36,384 nt of DNA from an uncultured Eubacteriales bacterium (GTDB lineage: Bacteria; Acidobacteriota; Aminicenantia; Aminicenantales; UBA8522), in the NCBI GenBank assembly GCA_964550915.1, contig CAZKBY010000001.1, forward strand, positions 1 through 36,384. The letters are read 5' to 3'. A model generated the notes under the pieces. That model had not been told where the DNA came from, made no database searches, and saw nothing but the letters and a program-made list of their open reading frames with translations. This document shows, one piece after another, positions 15,471 to 24,618 of this stretch; position 1 is the stretch's first letter; every line of letters begins with the position of its first letter. The translations under genes and the position numbers were made by a program.

Positions 15471-16886
15471 TCACAGGGCAGGCTTGTATTCCTGGCGTTC
15501 GGTTTCTCGCCTCGCCCGTTCACTCCCCCTCAGCCCGTACTTATTGATCAAGTGCCTCAAAGACCGGTAGCTGATGCCTAAAAGAGAAGCGGTTTTGCGC
15601 AGGTTTCCCCCGGCCAGCACTCTGGCCTCGGTGATGTATCCCTTAGCAAGTTCATCAAGGTGATTGGTCAAATTAAAGTTCGGCGGGATTAGCGGCTGCG
15701 GTGTAGCTTTCCTCGGCGGGGCGACGATTTCCCGGGGCAAGCTCGCCGCCGTAATCGTCTCCCTATCTTCAATCGCCACGACCCTCTCGACGACATTTTC
15801 GAGCTCGCGGACATTCCCCGGCCATGCATAGGCCTCGAGGTAGCCAATGACTTCGGGCGCCAGCCTTTTCATTTTCTTTCCCATATGCTGGCAGTACTTC
15901 TGGAGAAAGTGCTGGACAAGGAGCGGAATGTCCTCAATTCTTTTCCTTAAAGGCGGCATCTCGAAGGAGATGACGTTCAGTCGGTAGAAAAGCTCTTCCC
16001 TGAATTTCCCCTCCTCGATTCGTCGCTTGAGGTCGAGGTTTGTCGCGGCGATGATCCTGACGTCCACGGAAATCTCTTCGGTGCCTCCGACTCTCCGGAC
16101 CTTTCGCTCCTGGAGCGCCCTGAGGAGTTTCACCTGGGTCCAGGGGGACGTTTCCCCGACCTCATCCAGAAAAAGAGTTCCTTTCGTCGCTACCTCAAAC
16201 ATCCCCTTTTTATCGGCCACGGCGCCTGTAAAGGAGCCTTTGACATGGCCGAAAAGCTCGCTCTCCAGGAGGTTTTCGGGTAGTGCCGCGCAATTGATGG
16301 ACACGAACGGCCGTTCGTTCCGCCGGCTGAGGAAATGAATCGCCCGGGCCGCCATCTCTTTTCCCGTCCCGCTTTCGCCGGTGATGAGAACGGTCGAGTC
16401 GGTGGTCGCCGTCTTTTCGATCAGCCCGTAGACCTCCTCCATGGCCTTGCTCTTTCCGATCATGTTTTCAAAGGAGTATCTCTCCTTGAGATTCCGCTTG
16501 AGGAGGATGTTTTCTTCCCGCAGCCTCCTTTTTTCGAGCTCATGGGCGATGATGATCTTCAGCTCCTCGACATCAAAGGGCTTGAGAATATAGTCAGTGG
16601 CTCCGGCCTTGAGCGCCTCCACGGCCTGCTTGAGACTCCCGTAGGCAGTGATCATGATCACGGGAATGTCGGGCCTGGTTTCGCGTATGTATTTCAGAAT
16701 CTCCATGCCGCTTATTTCGGGCAGCTTGATGTCGCAGATCACGAGGTCGAAACTCTCTTTTTCCGTAAGCTCAAAGACCTTTGAAGGCGCCAGGCAGGTT
16801 TTAATCCGGTAGCCTTCCTTCTTGAGGACAACACTGAGGAGGTCGAGCAAACTCTTTTCGTCGTCAACAATCAGGATGTTTTCCAT
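15471..16886 (-). CDS. pilR: Sigma-54-dependent response regulator (NtrC family, PilR-like)
   Basis: REC domain (ILIVDDEKSLL..CDIKLP). AAA+ sigma-54 interaction domain (GESGTGKE, GSFTGA loop, ELFYRLN). C-terminal Fis-type HTH (LRKTASLLGISYRSLRHLINKYGL). Confidence 0.85.
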   Translation of the reverse strand: MENILIVDDEKSLLDLLSVVLKKEGYRIKTCLAPSKVFELTEKESFDLVICDIKLPEISGMEILKYIRETRPDIPVIMITAYGSLKQAVEALKAGATDYILKPFDVEELKIIIAHELEKRRLREENILLKRNLKERYSFENMIGKSKAMEEVYGLIEKTATTDSTVLITGESGTGKEMAARAIHFLSRRNERPFVSINCAALPENLLESELFGHVKGSFTGAVADKKGMFEVATKGTLFLDEVGETSPWTQVKLLRALQERKVRRVGGTEEISVDVRIIAATNLDLKRRIEEGKFREELFYRLNVISFEMPPLRKRIEDIPLLVQHFLQKYCQHMGKKMKRLAPEVIGYLEAYAWPGNVRELENVVERVVAIEDRETITAASLPREIVAPPRKATPQPLIPPNFNLTNHLDELAKGYITEARVLAGGNLRKTASLLGISYRSLRHLINKYGLRGSERARRETERQEYKPAL

Positions 16887-16905
16887 ATCTCATCTCGCAA
16901 ATACG

Positions 16906-18207
16906 TCAGCTCACCGCACCAGCCCTGGAGTCAGAAGCCGTCTCTCTCACCCGCGGTCCGCGCACCGGGAGCGTCAGGATGATCTCTGTTCCTCTCATAA
17001 GCTCAGAGTGGACTTCGATTCTTCCGTTATAGTCATCGACGATCCGCCTGACAATGACCAGTCCCAGGCCCCGGCCGTTCTCAAAACGGGTGAAAAAGGG
17101 CTCAAAGAGATGCTTCTTTTCCTCTTCCCTGAGGCCGCGGCCTGTATCAGCAAACTTGATTTTGATCTCTTTTTTGTTTTCCCGGACAAAATCGACCGTC
17201 AGAGTCCCGCCTTCAGGCATCGCTTTGAGCGCATTCTTGGCCAGGTTCCAGAAAACCTGCTTGAGCTGATTGGCGCTCCCGTAATAGGTCAACTTTGAAG
17301 ATGAGAAATTGCCGGCCAGGCGGTAGTTCCCGTTGAGTTCGCCGCTCGCCCTGAGCAGAGCCAGCGTCTCCTCCAGGGCTTCAGAAAGCCTCACCTCTGA
17401 AAAAACCCTCTTGCCCGGGGAGGCCAAATCCAGAAATTGCTCGATCGACTGACTCACACGGACGGACTCCTTGAGGACGATCTCCATGAGGTTTTTCTCG
17501 TCCTCATGAAGAGGCATCTCGTTCTTGAGGAACTGGACTGCTCCCGAGATCGCAGCCAGAGGGTTGCGGATCTCATGAGCCAACTGGGCCGCGATGCGGC
17601 CGGCCGTGGCCAGCCGTTCTTTGACCTCTAACTCCTTTTGGGCCAGGAGAAGCTCCTCGCGCGCCCGCCGGAGGCTGCTCGTCAGGCGATCCGCCAGGAC
17701 GGCGATCAGGATGAACAGGCTCCAGGCCACGAGAATGGTAAAAAGGACAAGGCCCAGCGAGCGTTCCCGATACTGATCAAGGCTGAAATACGGGATCAGC
17801 CCGAAATAAAGACCGTCCACCAGAACCCCGAAAAGGACCGCGGACAGGCCGGCCGTGATATAGGTCGCCCGGCTCGAAAGAACGATGCTCGCGGCGATGA
17901 TTGAGAAAACATAGAGCAAATAAAGGCCGCCGGTTAATCCCCCGGATATGTAGACCAAGGCCGTGATCAGAAGGAGGTCAAAAAAGGTCTGAAGGTAAGC
18001 CTGGAAGGAATAGCTCTTCGACCACCAGTAAAGACACAAATGAACCAATGACAGAAGATAGGTCAGAAGCATAAGATAATAAAAAGGAATAAGCGGGATG
18101 AAATCCGTCGTCGAGGACTGGATGATGATGACGGCGACGAGGATCGAGGTGACCGCGATCAAGCGGATGAGGATGAACCAGAGGATGTGCTTCTTCTGTG
18201 TTTTCAT
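16906..18207 (-). CDS. pilS: Membrane sensor histidine kinase (PilS-like)
   Basis: About six N-terminal TM helices and a coiled-coil linker. H-box AAQLAHEIRNPLAAI, N box FWNLAKNALKA, G boxes DTGRGL and GRGLGL. Its position between pilC and pilR supports the call. Confidence 0.75.
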   Translation of the reverse strand: MKTQKKHILWFILIRLIAVTSILVAVIIIQSSTTDFIPLIPFYYLMLLTYLLSLVHLCLYWWSKSYSFQAYLQTFFDLLLITALVYISGGLTGGLYLLYVFSIIAASIVLSSRATYITAGLSAVLFGVLVDGLYFGLIPYFSLDQYRERSLGLVLFTILVAWSLFILIAVLADRLTSSLRRAREELLLAQKELEVKERLATAGRIAAQLAHEIRNPLAAISGAVQFLKNEMPLHEDEKNLMEIVLKESVRVSQSIEQFLDLASPGKRVFSEVRLSEALEETLALLRASGELNGNYRLAGNFSSSKLTYYGSANQLKQVFWNLAKNALKAMPEGGTLTVDFVRENKKEIKIKFADTGRGLREEEKKHLFEPFFTRFENGRGLGLVIVRRIVDDYNGRIEVHSELMRGTEIILTLPVRGPRVRETASDSRAGAVS

Positions 18208-18213
18208 CCGGCT

Positions 18214-19416
18214 TTAGAACTGCTGCATCAAGGCAAAAATGGGAAGGTACATGGAAACAACAAGAGACCCGACCATGGCGCCAACGAAAATGAGGAGAAC
18301 GGGCTCAAGAACGGAAAGAAGGGCAGACACGGAGGCATCAACCTCATCGTCGTAAAAGTCGGCCAGCTTGGTCAGCATCTCGTCCAGGGTTCCCGTCGCT
18401 TCGCCCACGCTCACCATCTGAGTGAGCATAAAGGGAAATTGCCCCGTTTCGCGAAAGGCGTCTGTTAGGGTTTTTCCTTCGGCGACCATCTTCCGGGCGT
18501 CCATGACGCTCGATTCAAGGATGACATTTCCCGCCGTGGACGATGTGATCCGCAAGCTCTCTAACATCGGCACGCCACCCGCAACCAGCGTGCTTAACGT
18601 TCGCGTGACTCTTGAGATGGAGACTTTCCGCATCAACTCGCCAAAAAGGGGCAGCCTGAGGATCAGTCGGTCGACAACCCAGCGGCCGCGCTCGGTCCTC
18701 CGGAAATATCTGAACCCGATAACGAGGGCAATGAGCCCGACGAACATCAGGACAATATAACTGGAGACGAAATGGCTCAGCCGGATGACCGCCGCCGTCA
18801 AAAAGGGAAGCTGCGCGCCGAGTTCGGTAAAAATCGTGGCGAAAATAGGGATCACCTTCCACAGCAAGAAGATGGCGACCAAAATGGCGAAGGTGATGAT
18901 GGCCGATGGATAAATCAACGCTTGTTTGACCTTGGCCCTCAGTTTGACGACTTTTTCGATGTACTCAGCCAGCCGCCGCAGCATGATGTCCAGCGACCCG
19001 CTCTGCTCTCCCGAAGCAATGAGGTTACAGTAGAGGTCATCAAAGGCCTTGGGGAATTTCCTTTTGGCCTGATTGAGGGTCGAGCCCGCCTCGACATCCT
19101 CCCTGACGCTCGTGATGACTCTCTTGAAATACCTGTTCTTGGCCTGCTCGGCTAAGATCGTCAGACTCTGGATGAGCGGCAGCTCAGCGTCGATGAGAAC
19201 GGAAAGCTGGCGGCTGTAGACGGCCAGCTCCTTGAGTTTGACTTTCTCCATCTTGAGAAAAGGAATCCGGAGGCCTTCTCTCTTCGCCGCAATGTTGAGG
19301 ATGGTAATTTGTTCTTTTTGCAGAGCCCGGGTGACCTCCTCAGAAGAGGTAGCCACTCGCTCGCCGCTGACAAGATCGCCGTATCGATTTTTTCCCTTCC
19401 AGACATAAACAGCCAT
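18214..19416 (-). CDS. pilC: Type IV pilus platform protein PilC (GspF family)
   Basis: 400 aa. Two GspF-type repeats with TM segments, and a typical C-terminus (VGAMVGSLVVSMYLPIFALMQQF). Confidence 0.9.
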   Translation of the reverse strand: MAVYVWKGKNRYGDLVSGERVATSSEEVTRALQKEQITILNIAAKREGLRIPFLKMEKVKLKELAVYSRQLSVLIDAELPLIQSLTILAEQAKNRYFKRVITSVREDVEAGSTLNQAKRKFPKAFDDLYCNLIASGEQSGSLDIMLRRLAEYIEKVVKLRAKVKQALIYPSAIITFAILVAIFLLWKVIPIFATIFTELGAQLPFLTAAVIRLSHFVSSYIVLMFVGLIALVIGFRYFRRTERGRWVVDRLILRLPLFGELMRKVSISRVTRTLSTLVAGGVPMLESLRITSSTAGNVILESSVMDARKMVAEGKTLTDAFRETGQFPFMLTQMVSVGEATGTLDEMLTKLADFYDDEVDASVSALLSVLEPVLLIFVGAMVGSLVVSMYLPIFALMQQF

Positions 19417-19429
19417 GCTTCACCCCTTT

Positions 19430-20548
19430 CTATTTTCCCGCAGAGCCCTGAGCGAGGCTGACAGAGGATTTCTTCAGCCCCTCCCGTCTCTGGATGATAT
19501 CGGTCAATTCCTCAGGGAAGGACGTGACGCTCATCGCCGTCTCTAAGGTAATGAGCCTTTTGAAATAAAGGCTGGCCAGCGACTGGTTGAACGTCTGCAT
19601 CCCGAATTTCTCCTGTCCCATTTGCATGGTCGAGTAGATCTGATGGACCTTGTTTTCCCGGATGAGGTTTCTTATGGCGGGATTCGGGATCAGAATCTCC
19701 ATGGCCAGGACGCGGCCTTTGCCGTCGGCCCGGGGCAGAAGGGCCTGGGTTAGCACCCCTTCCAGGCTCATCGACAGCATGATCCTTACCTGGGCCTGGT
19801 ACTGGGAAGGAAAGATGTCGATGATTCTGGAGATCGACTCGGCTGCAGAATTGGTGTGCAGGGTGGAAAAAGTCAGGTGGCCCGTTTCGGCAACCCGGAG
19901 AGTTGCCTCCACCGTCTCATAGTCCCGCATCTCGCCGACGAAAACGACGTCAGGGTCTTCCCGCAGCACGGAGCGGAGGGCATTCGTGTAGGACAGGGTG
20001 TCAACAAACAGCTCTCTCTGGTTGATGATCGACTTTCTAGGAATAAAATAATACTCGATCGGGTCCTCGATCGTCACAATGTGGACAGCCCGTTCGTGGT
20101 TGATGTGTTCCAACATGCAGGCGATGGTCGTCGATTTTCCGCAACCCGTCGGCCCTGTCACCAAGACGAGGCCTCTGGGCAGATAGCAGAGCTGGCCGAT
20201 CCTCTGGGGAATGCCGAGCTGGGCGAAACTCCACATCGACGGCAGGAACCGGCGGAAGGCGCCCGCCACCGCTCCTTTCTGCATGAAAACGTTCGCCCTG
20301 AACCGGCCCAGGTCTTTGATGCCGAAAGAAAAGTCTAACTCTAACTTATCCTCAAATTGCTTTTTCTGCCTGTCCGTCAGGACGCTGTAGATCAGTTGCT
20401 TTGTCTCCGACGGCGTCAGGGGCGGATGGTCGACCGATTTCAGAATCCCGTGGACCCTGATCCGGGGCGGGATGTAGGTTGTGATATGCAAGTCGCTGGC
20501 GTCCTCTCTAACGGCTGTTTCCAAAAGCTCTTGAATTGTTTTGGCCAT
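19430..20548 (-). CDS. pilT: Type IV pilus retraction ATPase PilT
   Basis: 372 aa and no GspE-N domain. ASDLHITT, RFRANVF, Walker A GPTGCGKST, FVGEMRD, AETGHLTFSTLHTNSA. AAGGAG ribosome-binding site. Confidence 0.9.
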   Translation of the reverse strand: MAKTIQELLETAVREDASDLHITTYIPPRIRVHGILKSVDHPPLTPSETKQLIYSVLTDRQKKQFEDKLELDFSFGIKDLGRFRANVFMQKGAVAGAFRRFLPSMWSFAQLGIPQRIGQLCYLPRGLVLVTGPTGCGKSTTIACMLEHINHERAVHIVTIEDPIEYYFIPRKSIINQRELFVDTLSYTNALRSVLREDPDVVFVGEMRDYETVEATLRVAETGHLTFSTLHTNSAAESISRIIDIFPSQYQAQVRIMLSMSLEGVLTQALLPRADGKGRVLAMEILIPNPAIRNLIRENKVHQIYSTMQMGQEKFGMQTFNQSLASLYFKRLITLETAMSVTSFPEELTDIIQRREGLKKSSVSLAQGSAGK

Positions 20549-20561
20549 TTTTTTCTCCTTG

Positions 20562-22286
20562 TTAATCCTTAACGCTCTCCCGGAGCACCTCTTCGACCGA
20601 GGTTATGCCGTTCTTGATCTTGATCAGGCCGCTTCGCCGCAGCGTGATCATGCCCTTCTCTACGGCTTTCTTCTTGATTTCCCGCGATTGCGCTCTGGTC
20701 AGGATGAGCTCGCGAATATCATCATCGACGGGCATAACCTCGTAAAGGGCGATCCTGCCCTTGTAGCCGGTGTTGCTGCAATAATCGCACCCCTGAGCCT
20801 TCCAGATATCCACCCTTTCTGCTTCCTCGGCCGTAAACCCGATGTCGAGAAGGGCCTTGACAGGCAGCTTATGGGGCACCTTGCATTTCTGGCAGAGGCG
20901 CCTGACCAGCCTCTGAGCCGCGACCAAGATTACAGAATCGGCAATCAGAAAGGGTTCGACGTTCATGTTGACCAGCCGGACGATCGTGCTCGCTGCGTCA
21001 TTGGTATGAACGGTGGAAAAGACCAAGTGCCCGGTCAGGGCGGCCTTGATGGCGATATCAACGGTCTCGAAATCCCGCATCTCGCCTACGAGCATGATGT
21101 CAGGGTCTTGTCTTAAAAAGGACCTCAGCGTCCGCGGGAAATCCAGCCCGATTTCTTCCTTGATATGGACCTGATTGATGCCGGCGATGTTGAACTCGAC
21201 CGGGTCTTCGGCCGTGAGAATGTTTTTCTCTAAAGAATTCAGCGTGGAAACGGCGGAATAGAGCGTGTTCGTCTTGCCGCTTCCCGTCGGACCCGTGACC
21301 AGGATAATTCCCCAGGGCCTGTGGATAGCCTCGCTGAACTTCTCCAGAGATTCCTCCTCAAATCCTAACTCGGTCAGGTCGAGCTTCAGCATCTGCCGGT
21401 CGAGGATTCGGGCGACGACCTTTTCCCCGAAAATCGTCGGCAGGGCGGAGATCCGCATGTCGACTTCCTTTCGGCCGCCGTTCTCCAGCTTGACTTTCAT
21501 CTTAATCCGGCCATCCTGGGGAAGCCTTTTTTCGGCGATATCCATGTTGGCCAGGATCTTGACGCGCGAGGTGACTGGACTCCTGAATTTCATCGGCAGG
21601 TTCATCATCTCATGAAGGATGCCGTCCAGGCGGAAACGCACCCGGAAACTCTGCTCGTAGGGCTCAAAATGGACATCCGAGGCGCCTTTCTTTATCGCGT
21701 CCACAAAAATCGTGTTGACCAGCGTGATGATAGGCGCTTCTTCTGTGGAATGGACGAGTTCCTCGACGTCGTAGTCCTCCTTTTCCTCCTCGATGATGTT
21801 CACCCTTGTGTCTTCAGCCAGCTCGATGTCCTCGATAATCTTCTTCACCTTCAAGGCGCTCGAGGAGCCGTAGTACTTGTTGATAGCGTTCATGATTCCC
21901 GACTCTGAAGCAATCACTGGCTGAATACTCAACCCTGTCCGGAATCGAATGTCTTCGATGACCTCCAGGTCTGTTGGGTCGACCATGGCCAGGGTCAGGA
22001 AGGAACGGATGCGGTGGATGGGCATGATCAGATATTTCTTGGCGATGTCAACGGGAATGAGGTTGACGACGTCGGGATAGACTTCGAACTGATCAAGGTC
22101 GATATAGGGATACCCTAACTGCCGGCTCAGAGCCTGGGCCATGTCTTCTTCTGAGACCAGGCCGAGAGAAACGATGGCTGTCTGGAGCGGGATGCTTTTT
22201 TCCCTCTGCATGTCCAGAGCAGATTTAAGCTGCTCGGGAGTGAGCACTTTTTCCCTAAGGAGTAGTTCGCCTAAATTTGATCCCAT
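20562..22286 (-). CDS. pilB: Type IV pilus assembly ATPase PilB (GspE family)
   Basis: N-terminal GspE-N domain (MGSNLGELLLREKVLTPEQL). Walker A GPTGSGKTNT, LVGEMRD, TGHLVFSTVHTNDA, tetracysteine CQKC..CDYC. The track start at 22322 is a TTG extension. The ATG at 22286 matches PilB N-termini. Confidence 0.9.
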   Translation of the reverse strand: MGSNLGELLLREKVLTPEQLKSALDMQREKSIPLQTAIVSLGLVSEEDMAQALSRQLGYPYIDLDQFEVYPDVVNLIPVDIAKKYLIMPIHRIRSFLTLAMVDPTDLEVIEDIRFRTGLSIQPVIASESGIMNAINKYYGSSSALKVKKIIEDIELAEDTRVNIIEEEKEDYDVEELVHSTEEAPIITLVNTIFVDAIKKGASDVHFEPYEQSFRVRFRLDGILHEMMNLPMKFRSPVTSRVKILANMDIAEKRLPQDGRIKMKVKLENGGRKEVDMRISALPTIFGEKVVARILDRQMLKLDLTELGFEEESLEKFSEAIHRPWGIILVTGPTGSGKTNTLYSAVSTLNSLEKNILTAEDPVEFNIAGINQVHIKEEIGLDFPRTLRSFLRQDPDIMLVGEMRDFETVDIAIKAALTGHLVFSTVHTNDAASTIVRLVNMNVEPFLIADSVILVAAQRLVRRLCQKCKVPHKLPVKALLDIGFTAEEAERVDIWKAQGCDYCSNTGYKGRIALYEVMPVDDDIRELILTRAQSREIKKKAVEKGMITLRRSGLIKIKNGITSVEEVLRESVKD

Positions 22287-22303
22287 GTTGGAAAAGTTTC
22301 CAT

Positions 22304-22332
22304 ACCATAGCCGATTCGCCAAAATTTGTCAA
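22304..22332 (-). promoter_or_regulatory. Candidate sigma-70 promoter for pilB
   Basis: The minus strand reads TTGACA (rc of 22327-22332), N17, TATGGT (rc of 22304-22309). This would give a very short leader before the ATG at 22286. Confidence 0.25.
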
Positions 22333-22584
22333 TCCAGGCCCAACTGTGTCGATTTTTCCGGTCGCATTCATATAAAAGGACGCTTTTCTTAGTCACGTTA
22401 TCTCCATCTGCGCACATAACTTTTTCCTCAGGAGGGCAGGTGCGTTAGAACGGTCCCATGATGGCAGGTCCTCCCTTACAGGGTCAATCACCCATAGGGA
22501 TGATTTTGAAGGTGAAATTCCCCTTGAGAACCTCACCTGGAGGGGTTAGGGGTATAGCCGGCAAGGGCTGCCCCCTGCGCCAAA

Positions 22585-22613
22585 TTGACAAGAAATGACC
22601 ATTTTGCTAAGAT
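22585..22613 (+). promoter_or_regulatory. Candidate sigma-70 promoter for the tRNA pair
   Basis: TTGACA (22585-22590), 17-nt spacer, TAAGAT (22608-22613), about 70 nt upstream of tRNA-Pro. Confidence 0.5.
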
Positions 22614-22684
22614 GGCCGAGCTATCTAAGCCCAATTCATGTCGACCGCTCCATCGCCGCATCGAAGATTCCGAAGTTGAAACAG

Positions 22685-22759
22685 CGGGGAGTGGCGCAGC
22701 CTGGTTAGCGCGCCTGCCTTGGGAGCAGGAGGTCGTCGGTTCAAATCCGATCTCCCCGA
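22685..22759 (+). tRNA. tRNA-Pro (anticodon TGG)
   Basis: Hand-folded cloverleaf: acceptor CGGGGAG/CTCCCCG, D arm GCGC/GCGC, anticodon stem CCTGC/GCAGG with loop CTTGGGA (G37), T arm GTCGG-TTCAAAT-CCGAT, discriminator A. No encoded CCA. Confidence 0.9.
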
Positions 22760-22814
22760 TACTGCCTCCTGGCAGGCAGCCTGGTTTCCCCGCTGATGCG
22801 ATACGAAAAGAGAG

Positions 22815-22888
22815 GCGCCTGTAGCTCAGCAGGACAGAGCAGCTGCCTTCTAAGCAGCGGGTCGGGGGTTCGAGTCCCTCCAGGCGCG
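22815..22888 (+). tRNA. tRNA-Arg (anticodon TCT)
   Basis: Hand-folded cloverleaf: acceptor GCGCCTG/CAGGCGC, D arm GCTC/GAGC, anticodon stem GCTGC/GCAGC with loop CTTCTAA, T arm GGGGG-TTCGAGT-CCCTC, discriminator G. No encoded CCA. Confidence 0.9.
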
Positions 22889-22899
22889 CTCCCGATTTT

Positions 22900-24609
22900 T
22901 TAGACCTGCCGTTTGAGGCCTTTCTCGATCTGGGCTTTCTCAATCCTGAGGACGACCGGCCGGCCGTGCGGGCAGAGCGACGGGTTTGAGGTTTTGAAAA
23001 GTTCTTCGACGAGATAGTCCATCCTTTCCCGGTCGAGACGTTCGCCCGCTTTGACCGCGGTTCGGCAGGCCAGGGTGGCAAGCAACTTTTCCCGCCTTGC
23101 CGACGCTTCCTCTCCGCCCATCTCTTCAAGCAGAATAAACAGCGCGTGCTTCGCTTCCTCCTGGTCAAAGATGTCGGGAAAGCCGTTGAGAGCGAACGTC
23201 CTTCCCCCCATGGCTTCTACCCTGAACCCGGCCGCTTCCAGAATTTCGCGGTTGGTTTCGAGGCTCAGTTCCTGCGACGGAGCAAGGTCGAAGAGAAGAG
23301 GAATCAGAGGCAGCTTCTGCGGCCAGCGCTTTTCTGAATCGATCTCCCTATATTTTTCAAAAAGCACCCTTTCATGGGCGTTGTGTTGGTCGATGACCAG
23401 CAGTCCTTCCTTATCGACCGCCACGATGTAAGTCCCGAGATACTGTCCCAAAACTCGTTGCTCTGGCCCTCCTTCCCCTGCTTCGGCCCCAAGGGGAAAA
23501 AGCTCACGTGCTTGCGCTGCTATGTTTCCGTCTGGGACGACGGAGCCGCGACTTTTAGGCTCTTCGACTCGCGGCTGAGCCCGCTCATAATCGGGGACAG
23601 CATAAACCAACTTCACCCCTTTGTCGCTGAGGACTGATTTTTCCACGGCCTTGAGCACAGCATAAAAGACAAACCGGGAATCGCGAAAATTTATTTCTGC
23701 CTTGGCCGGGTGGACATTGACGTCCACGTCGCCTGGAGGAACGTCGAGGAAAAGAAAGGCCTGGGGGGAGGAATCCTTCTCCAGGAATCCCCGGTAGGCC
23801 TGATTGAGGGCGGCTTGAAGAACGCGGTTCTTGACCAGTCTTCGGTTGACGAAAAAAAGTTGGTGGCTTTTGTCGGGCCGGCCCTGAGGGGGTCTCGAGC
23901 TAAAGCCATTGACCCGGATTTCTCCATCCTCAAAATCGATTTTGAGGAGCGTCTCGAACACTGTCTTGCCGAAAAGCTGGAAAATTCTTTCCCGGACACT
24001 TTCCACCGGCGGGCAGTTTAAAATTTCCCGCCGCGAGTGGACAAGGGAAAACCGGGTTCGAGGATAGGCGAGCGCCACTCCGGTCACCCACCGGACGATA
24101 AGTCCTAACTCGGACTTCTCGGAGCGCAGAAACTTCCGGCGGGCCGGCAGGTTATAAAACAGGTCCCTGACCTCGACAGTCGTGCCCCGCGGAAAAGCGA
24201 TCTCCTGGATGGAACGGAGCTCTCCGCCCTCTCTTTCCACCCGGGTCCCGCCTTCTCCTTCTCCGTCCGAGGTTTTCAAGGTCAGCCTGGAGACGGCTGA
24301 GATGCTGGCCAGAGCTTCGCCGCGAAAGCCCAGAGTGGCGATTCGCTCGAGATCGGCTTCAGTCGAGATCTTGCTCGTCGCATGACGCTCAAAACAGAGG
24401 GCGGCGTCATCGCGGCTCATGCCCGAGCCGTTGTCCTGGACCTTGATGCATTTCCTGCCGCCCTCCTGGAGCTCGATCAGAATTTCTGAAGCGCCGGCAT
24501 CAAGAGAGTTTTCCACCAGCTCCTTGACCACGGAGAAAGGCCTTTCGATAACCTCGCCGGCCGCGATCTTCTCAAAGACCTCAGCCGGCAGGGGATGGAT
24601 TTTGTTCAT
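22900..24609 (-). CDS. mutL: DNA mismatch repair protein MutL
   Basis: 569 aa. GHKL ATPase motifs (IAAGEVIERPFSVVKELVENSLDAGAS, DNGSGM, GFRGEAL). C-terminal dimerisation region ending CPHGRP. Confidence 0.9.
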   Translation of the reverse strand: MNKIHPLPAEVFEKIAAGEVIERPFSVVKELVENSLDAGASEILIELQEGGRKCIKVQDNGSGMSRDDAALCFERHATSKISTEADLERIATLGFRGEALASISAVSRLTLKTSDGEGEGGTRVEREGGELRSIQEIAFPRGTTVEVRDLFYNLPARRKFLRSEKSELGLIVRWVTGVALAYPRTRFSLVHSRREILNCPPVESVRERIFQLFGKTVFETLLKIDFEDGEIRVNGFSSRPPQGRPDKSHQLFFVNRRLVKNRVLQAALNQAYRGFLEKDSSPQAFLFLDVPPGDVDVNVHPAKAEINFRDSRFVFYAVLKAVEKSVLSDKGVKLVYAVPDYERAQPRVEEPKSRGSVVPDGNIAAQARELFPLGAEAGEGGPEQRVLGQYLGTYIVAVDKEGLLVIDQHNAHERVLFEKYREIDSEKRWPQKLPLIPLLFDLAPSQELSLETNREILEAAGFRVEAMGGRTFALNGFPDIFDQEEAKHALFILLEEMGGEEASARREKLLATLACRTAVKAGERLDRERMDYLVEELFKTSNPSLCPHGRPVVLRIEKAQIEKGLKRQV

Positions 24610-24618
24610 AAATTTGCC

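Noticed and set aside
22458-22601. 47-codon plus-strand ORF (MMAGPPLQGQSPIG...) in the pilB-tRNA spacer
   Set aside because: It has no ribosome-binding site, runs through the predicted tRNA promoter -35 box, and shows no recognisable features. It is probably fortuitous.
22685-22888. tRNA pair as the attachment site of a genomic island that contains the pil and GT-C genes
   Set aside because: The window has no integrase or recombinase and no direct repeat of either tRNA 3' end that I could see. The pil genes share the GC-rich composition of the housekeeping flank.
22533-23168. 211-aa minus-strand ORF (and 22585-22824 plus) spanning the tRNA region
   Set aside because: Both run straight through two well-folded tRNA genes and a promoter, and the translation is Arg/Ser/Pro-rich low complexity.
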